Made by a program: the position numbers and the translations under genes. This document shows, in pieces, positions 1 through 12,500 of a stretch of 64,000 nt of DNA. The notes under the pieces are model-generated. The model did not search any database. It worked only from the letters and a program-made list of their open reading frames with translations, and was not told the DNA's origin. Source of the DNA: Lytechinus pictus. Lineage: Eukaryota. Where the stretch lies: the NCBI RefSeq assembly GCF_037042905.1, contig NC_087250.1:28026001-28090000 (forward strand). Reading direction: 5' to 3'. Position 1 is the first letter of the stretch. Each line of letters begins with the position of its first letter.

Positions 1-374
1 ACAATATTTCAATTTTTACGAATTTGATGATTAGGACCTCCTTGCCTAAAGCACAAAATATTAAAATAATGAAATTCCACGTGTTCAGGGAGGAATGAAA
101 CTTCATTTCACATGACAAGGACGACAAAATAAAAATATTTAATATTTCATATAACAAAATACAAAAGAAATAGTGACTGAGTGATGTCATCAGTTTCCTC
201 ATTTGCATACCGACCGAGATGTGCATATAACTGTTTAGTGAAATGAAGCTAAACTTTAAAATGTCATAAATTTCTTATTTTACATCCGATTTTGATGAAA
301 TTTTTAGTGTTATGCTTGTTGAATTTTTCTCTTTTTATTCAAATTAAGTTTTTGTTGGGGTAGACTTGTCCTTA
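1..374. mobile_element. Kolobok-like TTAA MITE family A, right part (cut by the window edge)
   Basis: Closely similar to the right part of the copies at 2879, 31275 and 61363; ends ggggtagacttgtcctt. Confidence 0.8.
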
Positions 375-408
375 AAAGGAAAATAATTTGACAATTAATT
401 TGACTCAC

Positions 409-519
409 CCTCACTGCAATTTACACCAGTGTATGATAAATAGCAAACACATTTATAGCCAGCATCATGATCATAGCAATCGCTATTTTCGCTGCATGGA
501 TTCGATGCACAATTGATCC
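409..519 (-). CDS. Exon, EGF-like domain 5
   Basis: tgtctttacag acceptor, G/gtgagt donor, 111 nt; GINCASNPCSENSDCYDHDAGYKCVCYLSYTGVNCSE. Confidence 0.93.
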
Positions 520-3500
520 CTGTAAAGACATTAAAATTGATTCTTATTCAACTACACTCGGGTTAAGACAATATGGATTGATATCAATCTGTATCGTAAC
601 ACTTTTGATAACAGCTCTAGATCTGAAGTGTAGATGCCAAGTTAAAGGGGTCCTGGCAATATACAAACTTGTCCAAAAGCTACCCATCAAGCAAAATACG
701 TAGTTTAGATAATGATAATACGTAATGATACATATAATTCATAAAGCGTCTTTTTTTTTTATTTTGATTAAATGATGAAGGCACTTAGAAAACAACAAAG
801 CAAAAAGTAAGGATAAGTACAAAAAAATTCTTATGATAATAGAGCGAAATTTCTGTCTTGAAACCTATAGTACCTACTGAGTAACAAATGCAATTTTAAA
901 AGTTGCTCTTACAGGATGGTGCAGAGGAATCTAATTTTTTGCTTGGGATGATCGCAAGGTGCGTACATGTTGATACTGGCATCTTAGGTACTTGTTTTAA
1001 TCTGGTGCGGGTCCAGGGATAATATGAATAACCAGAAGTTGAATTTTGAAAACTATGCGATCCTTTATGGCCAACCAATGGAGGTCTTTGAGAACAGCCT
1101 GATCTGTGGTAAGTTGATTCAATCTATTTCATGTAATGCTTAGTGATCTAAAAGTTTGTGTATCTTCTTTGAAACTCTTTGAATTCATTGTCTAGAAATC
1201 TCAATTTTATCAACAAACTTCACACCAAAAAGCATCTATACAAATTATATGTCATTTATGGCTAAGTGTGATTAAGGTATGATATAAAACATCAACACGC
1301 TGTATCATTTATTAAAGGGATGGTCCGGGCTAAAAATATTTATATCTTAATACATAGAGTAGAATTCATTTAGCAAAATGCCAAAAATTTCATCAAATCC
1401 GGACAACAAATAATAAAGTTATTGAAATTCAAAGTTGAGCAATATTTTGTGAAAACAGTCGTCATGTATATTCATTAGGTGGGCTGATGATGTCATATCT
1501 CCACTTTCCGTTTTCTTATGTTATTACATAAAGTCATATTTTTTCATTATTTCATACTTGTGTGAAAAGTATGTCTCCCTTATAATGAAATAAGCTGCAG
1601 CAATATAATATCTAATATTAATAATAATAAAATATAATAATACAAATATCTAACGCAATAAATCAGTTGTCAATCCAATTTTTCTAGTTCTTGGAGGAAA
1701 ACAATTGAATAGACCTAATTTCATATAATAAAATACAAAAGAACAAGTGGAGATGTGACATCATCAGCCCACCTAATGAATATTCATGATGACTGTTTAC
1801 ACAAAATATTGCTAAACTTTATAATTCAATAACTTTGTTATTTGTTATCCGATTTTGATGAAATTTTCGTCATTTGCTCAGTCAGTTCTACGCTATCTAT
1901 TAAATTATACATACTTTCAGCCTGGACCATCCCTTTAATATTTGATTTTTTTGGGGGGGATGGGGGTAGAGATATAAGACTTCCCAATTTGCCAAGTTAT
2001 TGCCAAACAAAATAACTCGAAAGGCAATCTAAAAAATGCTGCAGACAATGTTTTTTCACACCGCGCAGTATTTAGTTCCCATTTACGAGTGGATACCATG
2101 CGTGAACCCCCCCCAAAAAAAAAAAAAAAAAAAAACGCGTTAAAAGAATCTCTTTTTCAAGATAAAGCACGTTAGCTACGTACCATGATAAGGGTGTCAA
2201 AACCACTAAAGTAATGAAAAGGGGTATTTATTTCGCTAGGAAAACTACTTGTTTACGGTCCAATTTGCGAAGGTATAAAAACCCTGAAATATAATTCATA
2301 TAGGATGTACGGTTTGTCCGAACACTACGTGTTGAGTCCGATTTGAGCGAGGTGTGTGGGATGGTACTCAGTAAAGGTAAACACGACGTTCATGGCATAA
2401 TTAAGATATCGTTGTACTTGTTTAGGGGTCAATGCTGGGACTACTTGTCAAGGGTACTGTATTGTTTCCAATACTTGTTAAAGGAGGGGGGGGGGGAGAT
2501 TCACACGCCAATACTTGTTAAGGGGTGCATTTTCAGAACATAGAAAATACTTGTTAAAAGGTGCTTTTCGCAACCCCATGGTCACGCATGGTACCCCCCC
2601 CCCTTGGGAACGATATGACCGAAAAATACATACATTCCAGTAGGTTAATTGCTTTGAGTTTTGTTTCCGTCGCTATCGAGGCTCATTCATTTTTGTCTCG
2701 CCCACCAGAGGTGAAAGCGAGACTAAGGGATCTAAATGTCGTCCCTCCGTCACAGACATTATGAAACATCACTTTGCAACAATAAGTCACTTTTCAGATG
2801 TACTTAGGGGACTTGCATGCTATGGTGCTGTCGCAGGTCACTTGGCAAGGTCAAAGGTCATCTTGAGGTCAACATTAAAGGTCAAGTCCACCCCAGCAAA
2901 ACGTTGATTTGAATGAATAGATAAAAATTAAACTTTCATAACCAATAAAAATAAGAAAGTTATGGCATTTTAAAGTTTCGCTTATTTTTCACCAAACGGT
3001 GATATGCACAACTCAGTGACATGCAAACGAATCAGTCGATGTGGTCCATCACTCACTATTTTTTGTTGCTTTATTGTTATGATTATACAATATTTCATTT
3101 TTCACAGATTTGACATTAGGGACCTACTTGACCTATTCATATAGTATTAAACATGCTAATTCCACATGTATGGGAGGAATTAATCACTGTTTCACTTGAC
3201 AATGAGGAGAAAATCACAATATTGTATATAATAAAAAAATAGTGAGTGGATGATGTCATCAGTCTCCTCATTTGCACACCGACCAGGATGTTCATATAAC
3301 TGTTTTGTGAAATTAAGCGAAACTTTAAAATGTCATAACTTTCTTATTTTCCATCCAAATTAGATGAAATTTCCAGTGTTATGTTAGTTGGATTTTTCTC
3401 TTTTTATTCAAATTAATTTTTTGTTGGGGTGAACTTGTCCTTTAAACGCTTACGTGTAAGACTTTCTTGTCCTGTATTAATGATTGAACAGCCATTTATC

Positions 3501-6500
3501 ATTAAGTTGATATTTAATCAAAAATGTCGAAATAAAATCATGAATACAAAATGGAAGGTAAGATCCTATAATCACAATCGCTCGAGAGAATGATAAAATA
3601 GGTCAAGTGTTTCTTTGGTATCACGATCGGAAATTCTATGGCGATCGACTAATGTGTGCTTGGAAGAAAAAGTGTCACAAAACGGTGTGAACTGAATTTG
3701 CATACGAGATTCCAGACAATCGGCTGTTATCATATTTTACATTTTTCGATTTTTAGATGTTTTTATCATAAAAAAGGTGTTAACTGAATTTGCGCACGAT
3801 AGTTTTTCAAATCTTCCAATAAAAGGTAAGATAATTGTATCATATGGAGGACAAAATGCAAGAAAATTGGCTGGTGTTTTTGTTTGAGTCCTCTGTTTGC
3901 AATATGGCGATTCTCAGATGCTTGTCAAAAGTTTGGATCGTCTCGGAAATGAAGCAAAAGGTAAGAAAATTTGCAGATGTTTGGGCAATAATTTCACAAA
4001 TGCAGAATCATTTTTAAGCAAGTTTCAATACTGAGCATTTTTGGTCGCTTTTTGTGGTAATATAAGTTTTTGAAGATATTGATATGATATTTGACCATGC
4101 GTTAAATAAGGTAACGCGAAAATTAAGGTCACACAGCTAGATCGAGGTTAAAATTTCTTTTCATCACAGAAGATTTAAGGAATTGTAATACAAATTTATA
4201 AAACAGGATAAACACTTCGAAAAAAGGATTCGACGTGGCAACTTAAGGTGCGGACCAGATGTCACACTCAGCGCACCTCAGGGTGCAACTTTGCACCTCT
4301 CTGATAGATGCAAATTAGGGAAAGAATCCCTACCAAAAATAACACAAGATTGTCGAGCCTTCCGGTGCGCTTACTTTAGATTTTTCTATAGATTTGTAAG
4401 TTTTGCTTAACTTGCTTTGGACTCCAACTCACCTCGTTGTAAATGTAGTCAAGATCTCTTCCTGTTATCTGATGCTAGCTAGAATAGCTGATACCATAAA
4501 AGCCGAGGTTTCTTAGCGATTATGTGACGATAGCTTGACTATAGTCTAGACTATAGTAATACTTTACTTTCTAAATAGAACGATGCCTATACTGTATATA
4601 CAATTACACGCACTTAAGCCTTCTTTAAAATTTGACGGAATAAATCCATTTATTTTCACTCTTGTTTATTCTATATTACCTTTAGTGCTAGATATATATA
4701 ATTTTTAACCTTCTCCATATTTATATTTTTTAATTTTAGTGGGGGGGGGGGGTACATATGGAGCTCCTCCCCAAATTAGCACCTATAAGGTGAATAGTGA
4801 ACGCAGCGTGCGTTACAGCTGCACTGCTAAAGCCAGGGTATTTATGCTGCATATACTGTAAAGCGCTTGGAGACTTCTGACAAAGTAATTATTAAGCGCT
4901 TGGTCTTTTGGCCCAATTTTCAAGTGGTTACGGAATTCTTCTGCGATGCACATAATCACAGTCAGTGATTTCTTACTGTACCTTCAATTCCACAATGATT
5001 AATTGGCACCAACAGGACAAAATTGTGGATCGTGTGTAAGGGGTACTGAAAACCTCAAAACACACACATATAACTGCACCGTTTGGTTCTCCATATATAT
5101 CGATGTACAAAAATCTTACTGAAACAGTAACTAAAATGACTATCTTTGCCAAACAACGTAATTCCCCTAATGAAACTAAGAAACATGCTTAAACCATTTT
5201 TTTTTTACAAGTACTCTGCCCAAAACGATCAGACAAGCGTAGCGACTTCATAAAATATGCAAATGATGCAATTATATTGGTAACCTACAGACCCCTTGAT
5301 ACGTAAGATTTCTACGTTGTTTGTTCCCAGACCCTATAAACTCTATACAATATTATTAACGAGCAATATCGCAAGTAAAACACAATTTTAATGTCATTAC
5401 GCGTTAAAAAAGATGCACACACACACCCCCTCACAAACGAGAAAAAAAAAATATTTTTCATTGCAGAGCAGGTTGAACTTTGCAAGCATTTTGATAAAGA
5501 TGAAGTATGACAGGAGCCTAAACTATACGCGAGGTTCAAACTTGCAACCTAGTCACCCGCTGCGCAGGCGCGGTGGCGAGTGAAAGGTGCAAGTATTCTC
5601 GAATACTCACTCAGCACCTTTCCCACAAAGTTGCACCTTTTTTGCATCCCTATTTCTTAGTGTGAAAGTCAACTTTTTTCAGCTATCTACTCTAAAATAA
5701 AATGTAGTTAAATACCTTGTTCATACATGTCACACTTGGTTGAGATGATTAATTCAACTTTCTTAGGTGCGGTACTATACAGCTGAAACCAGATGTTTGA
5801 CCGGTTAAAGTATCCGTACTCGTTGTTTATGGCATTGGAATCGGTGAGAAATGTAGAGTTTGCATCTGATATGTCAGAGGACCGTATGACAAGCGATACA
5901 TAAGAGTCTTCATTTATTCCATAATTTTCCAGGATGTACTCGATCCCACAGTCATGCATAGGCACAGTCACCCTGCAAGTGACATTGTCTGTCAGTAGTA
6001 GCATCTGACTACCATCGGGCCAATCCAGGATCAAATCCTTTACATCCACATCTGTGCCAAGCAATTCAAAGAGAGAAAAAAAAATGAGTGATGTATGATA
6101 AGCCCATTACGGCCCGAATTCACAAAGGTGGTTTGAATACCCACGGTTGAGTCCATGGTTTATGCAGATTTCCTGTATAAATTACGCTTAATTTAGCGCG
6201 TATCAGGTGCGTGTATAAAACATGTCCAATGCTGACGCGCACTTTTGTCACAGTGCGCCAAATTGACGCCTGTTACCATGGTTAGATACGCTATTTTATT
6301 CATGAGTCCACTGTTTGAAGAGTGGACTCATGAATAAAACAGTGGACTCATGAATAAAATAGCGCGAATAACCACGGTAACAGGCGTCAATTTGGCGCAC
6401 TGTGACAAAAGCGCGCATCAGCATTTGACACTTTTTATTCACGCGCCCGATATGCGCTAAATTAAGCGTGATTTATACAGAAACACTGATGATGTACGAA

Positions 6501-9500
6501 CTCGTTAGCCAAATAGCTGTTCTGGGATTTGTAACACCATGGACCCTACCAATGAGCGTGGGGCTGATTTTTACTATCAATCGTAGAAACCATCCCCACA
6601 TTCAGTTGCTAAGTTTTCTATTCCGGGACCCTGACATTTCAAGGTCGTCATTTATCTCACGGGGGGGGGGGGGGTGGTCGGGGTACACTGTCATTAGGTG
6701 GGATCCATGCTTACACATAAAAAATGGACCCAAACGAAGACTTGCTTTGACCTCAGATTAACCTTCAGATTTAAGATGAATTAATCAATATATACACGTA
6801 TGTGCCACGTGGACATATTTGGCATCATCTGATAGAGAATCTATATCAGTTATCATAATTATCATTATTTGTTGCATGGTGGTAGACGAGGGGGAGCATG
6901 AATTTTCAATTCATTTTAAAAACTAAATATTTAACATAACATTACCCCATATTTAATTTTTTAAGTGTTGATCAGCTTATTCTTTAATTGAATGTGAGTC
7001 TAATTTGAACTATGGAGTTTTAAGAATACCTAATTAAGCTAATAAGTATAATTAATTCATGTAAATCATGAAACATAATGGCCCGAATACACAAAGGTGG
7101 TTTTGAAAACACACGGTTGAGTCCATGGTTTATGCAAATTTTCTGTATAACTTACATGTACGCTTAATTTAGCGCGTATCGGGCGCGTGTCTAAAACATG
7201 TCCAATGCTGATAAGCGCATTTGTCACAGTGCGCCAAATTAAAGCCTGTTACCATGGATACCATGGTTAGATACGCTATTTTATTCATGAGTCCACTGTT
7301 TGAAGTGTGGACTCATGAATAAAATAACGTTTAGTAGCTCGCCATTCTATGGAGAGCTACTAAGTTAAGGGGTCAAGACGTCAGAAAATAATCGGAATGC
7401 TAAATTGGCAGACCAAAGACTTAGGAGGAAGGATAGGGCAGCATCTCTATCTAAACCTGTATGTCTCTGCGCCATCATCCTTCATCTGTACAAATTTGTT
7501 ATAGATACTGCCACTTTAGGGTGGAGCTCTACAGTCACTCTCGAAATTGTAAGACCTAGCGCTACACCATCGTCTTTTAAGGGGAGCTGATACTTAACAA
7601 TCATTGGACACATTGATTTAGAAAAAAAATATTGAGAAAGCACTTTCAAATTCAAATAAGACTATAGAGCCTCTTCAGTACAAAAGTATGGATGGACATT
7701 AAAAACAATAAATATGCACGCGAAATGGATCATAGCCCAAACCTAAAGAGGATTCATTCTAAGGTGAGCAGTTAATGTCGAAAACTGACATCTCAGATGT
7801 GACTTCCCCTTGTACTAAAAATTGAGAATACAAGAAATGGGTATTCTTACTGAAATCCCTTTACATTAGCCTTACAAGCATAAGCCTCGAAAAGTAATTT
7901 TTTTCAAGATCGCTGTTGGCGGCCATCATGAATTTGATCTGAATATTATCCTTTTCGGTAACATTACCGCATAAATTGAATCAACATAGTAAATGACTCA
8001 TGAATAGAGTTAATATCAGGATTCTGGGGCAAATGGTTAAAAACTTGATTTTTCAAGATGGCGTCATATGGCGGCCATCTTGGATTTGACATGAAGATGA
8101 CATTATATAGCAAAATAGACAGCATAAATGGATTATACACACCCCAAAACCATAAATGCTCTTTTATCCTGCTTTCAAATAAATGAAAAAGCTTTATGTA
8201 TTATTGGTAACTAGGTGTGAACTTGTTTAAAAAGTAAAGATTCTTGCATAGCTCTCAACCAATCAGATTATAGGGATTTTATCATCCATTCTATATATAT
8301 TAAGTGTTTGCAAGTACATTTGTGGTACTAAACGCAAGACTACAAAATATTTGGGGGTATATCAGACATTGTTACATATTCATCGGAAAATTGTGACGTG
8401 AAATTTCGTCTAAAAGATGATTACCCAAAACCATTTAAAAGGGAACTCAACCCAAATAAAAACTTGCTTTTATAAGAAAAAGAAAAATCGGACAAGTTGA
8501 TAGGAGAAAGTTTGATCAATATTGGACAAACAACAAAAAAAGTTTTGAATTTTTAAAAGCTGTAAATATTGGTAATCACTATACCCATGGAGACTTCAAA
8601 TTGGCTGCATATGGAATGTCATTGTGATGTAAGGCAAGGGCTACTCTTCCACGTACTCCAATATATATTATGGCTAAAATGTCATTTTTCCCAAAAGTTT
8701 TATTTCAATTTATATTTTTCTTTCATGAGGACATAAAACAATATACAACCTGGATTATATTTAGAATACTGCCCCAGGGGAATTGGTACTTAGGAGAAAA
8801 CCACAAATTCCTGATAATAAAGTACATGGCCTATGGGAAAGTTGTCCTTGCCCCTTGTCATAATTTACTCACCCAGTTGCCAATTTGAAATCTACATACT
8901 ATTAGTGATCTCAATTTTAAAGCAGCTATAACTTTCTTATTGCTTGTCCGATTTCTTTAAAACTTTCGCCATTCTATTTAATTTATTTTTCTTCTTCCCG
9001 ACACAACATTTTATGACCAAGTCTGGATTCCCCTTTAAGTAAGAGTTATCCATAACAAGTTATATATGATTAGAAGGGTCTCATTTTAAGGAATTGAAAT
9101 ATGCATGTTAATTTGTATAGGATGTAACTTTTTTCTGATTCTAAGATCTATTAGGAAAATTTTTCTTCACAGTTTCCCACATATATTGACCATTAACCTC
9201 TTATGTCATTATCCTAGGCCTGTTGTGATTTGCATTTTTTGCAATTCATCAGAAAATTTCTTTTCAGAATATACATACTTTTCCGGGTATACGATGTCGA
9301 ACATAAGAAAAAAATGAATTGAATGAAACTGCGATTTGTGGGGGAAAACTTGTGTTGTAACAGAAATGGGCCCAACTCTTAACGCTTGGCCATATTAAGT
9401 AGTAGTCCAGATTGGACCTTGTTGTTTGGAAGTGCCCTTTCCCAAAGCTAACATAGAGGGCACATGTCTCCCAATCTCTAATCAGCGCCAATCCACTCAT

Positions 9501-12500
9501 TTTCCCTCCTTGGGAGACATGTGCCCTCTATGTTAGCTTTGGGAAAGGGCACTTCCAAACAACAAGGTCCAATCTGGACATATTAAGTAGCTAAATGTCC
9601 CATTCGATGATTTGAACGTAGCCATTGAATATTCCCCCAAAGTGATTACATGGATACATTTTACCTTGATGAACAAGTGGGAGTCACATTTTCTCCTCTT
9701 CGGGGAAGGACGTACTGTAAACACACCCACTACATACCCTCACAAGTATACATAAGATATAACTTATATATATATGTACATATATATTCATTCATTTGCA
9801 CTCGAAGATCAATGCTTTACGAAGCTGTCTCTAACTAAAAATGCATATCTTTATTTTGCATCTTTTATTCATAATATATTTCCTCACAAAAGTACCTTAC
9901 CTTCGACGCAGTTTACACCTCCATAGCCTGGTTCACATCGACAAGAATACTCATTAGTGATGTCAGAACATTCACCATACGAACACGTACCACGATGGCA
10001 GCTCTCTACAAATGAACAATTGTAAAGTTACGACCTCTAGGTTACATCAATCCGACAACCACAAGTATGATTCGAATGCCGGAATGTTAAAGGCGAACCT
10101 TGAAGGCAAAGCACATATATCATATAAATATTGTACAATATAATGGATTAATGAACGACAAATATAAAATAATCACGAGTGCGGGTTTATTTCATCGAGG
10201 CCGAGGGGAGGGATAATTTTATATTTGGAGTTAATATAGTCCAGTAATATTGTATGATAGAGCGTTCACTATTCATGTTCGTATATAGATCCCTCGATCT
10301 AAGTCCCCCTTCACGATTTCTTAGTGTACATGTAAATAAATATGGCATGCGTTATAATTAGATCTAGGCCTACCATATATTGGTGAAATTCCAATTAACA
10401 CGATTTAGAACAATAAACTACAATTAGCAACAAATGAACTCCAAAAATTTCATTACATCGTTCGAATGCAGCATCTTAAGCATCAGATAAAAAAGTGATG
10501 CTGCAAATCGAAGAGTGATCATCGACCTCTTCGCATAACACTCCCCGTTTTTTCGCGGAGTTCGGCATAGTAAAACCGTATAAAACAGTGGCGTACCGTG
10601 GGTCACGGCATGGGGGGGGGGCACCAGAAGTATATTCTTTCACAGTTTTCCACATATTGCCAGGTAGATATCTTAAGGACAATGCCATTAAACGAATATA
10701 TATCTCACTAATCAAATAATGCGAGCGCGAGTTGCACATGTTGATGTTCAGACCTAAAAAGGGACATTATAATCAAATTTTTGTAATCATGATACGTACC
10801 TGTCTCGCTAAACAATGCGAGCGCGAAGCGCGAGCTGAAATTTTTGTATATATTTACCCCAAACAAGAAGATTTAAAGGACTATATTTTAGGAATATATT
10901 AAGAGTATACATATCCAACCATAGTCAGTTAATGCGAGTGCCAAGCGCTTGCTGATTTTATTAGAATTACATCTAAACACATTAAGCACTTGTAGTCATT
11001 GTAATCATGAATATCATGCGCATCTCACTAATGAAACATTGCGAGCGCGAAGCGCGAAATGAAAATTTAGATAAATCACCTGAAGAGAGGAATTTTAAGG
11101 CTTGTTTGTAAGAATTCACGAAGACCATACGTATTTCACTTATCAAGTGATGCGAGTGCTAAGCGCGAGCTGAAATTTTTTATATTGACATCAGAAAAAA
11201 GGGATATTTTAAGAACTGATCCGATTTCAGTTTAAGGCCCTGCTCAAAACATACCTTTTCAATCAATGAATCCCAGTTGTGGGTCGGTCATTGGAGGTGC
11301 ACACCAGTTTTAATCTTTTTTCTCTCTCGCTCTTAATGATTTTTGTCACACCTTGTGTTAATATGCCAATTTATGTTTTTGTCCCCATGTAAAGTTAAAA
11401 TTAGAACACAGTGCGCTTAGAAACGCCCGTATTAAGCGCCCTTTTAATGTTTTGTATTATTATTATTACTATTCATGGAGAGCAGACATATCTCACCAAT
11501 CCACTAATGAGAATGTAATCACGGACAGGAAATGATTTATATCAAGACCTTAACATGGGGCAATCACTTTAAGAAGTCGTGAAAAGTCTTACAAGCTTTT
11601 CCAAGATCATTGAAAGAGTTGTTTATAATAGATTGTATAGTTTTTGAATGTCAAATAATTTACTAGCCTCTTCTCAATATGGTTTCAGAAAAAACAATTC
11701 ATCAGATATAGCACTAATTGAACTTTGTGATAAAATATCGGCTTCTCTTTCTATGAAAGAACATGTACTTGGTGTATTTATGGATATAAGTAAGGCTTTT
11801 GACACACTTAATCATTCTATATTACTGGAAAAATTGAAATATTATGGTATACGTGGGACCCCTCTCTCGTGGTTCTCTAATTATCTTTCAGACCGAGAAC
11901 AATATATATCTTATAATAATTTCAACTCAAATATTTTACCTATCAAATGTGGAATTCCCCAAGGTTCAATCCTTGGTCCTTTGTTGTTTCTTATATATAT
12001 TAATGATATTTGTAATTCGTCTTCATTACTTCAATTCATTTTATTTGCAGATGACACGAATGTATTTTTTTTCACCATGACCTTCTTTATCTTGTTGAAA
12101 CTATTAATATAGAACTACCCAAAGTCTCCACGTGGTTCAGAAGTAACAAGTTATCATTTAATGTAAAAAAGACAAATTATATATACTTTAAAAATCAACG
12201 CTCAAATTTTAATATTCGGTCCTTTGATATTTTTATTGATAATATGAAAATCGATCAGAAAGAAACAAAGTTTTTAGGTGTAACTGTCGATGATAAATTA
12301 AACTGGAATACACATATATCTAATAGTGTTACTTCTGTATCACGTGGAGTCGGTGTATTATATAAGGTCAGATCATTTATTCCTTGCCAAACATTATTTA
12401 CTATATATAATTCTATTATACTGCCTTATATTTCATATTGTAATGTTGTATGGGCTTGTCAAAAAACAAAAATAAACTCTTTATTTCTTCTTCAGAAAAA

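Noticed and set aside
8670..8888. Recurrent short ORFs MAKMSFF... and MTSSTL... (also at 25943, 31278, 31645, 61366, 61774)
   Set aside because: They recur only because they lie in MITE copies; no coding features
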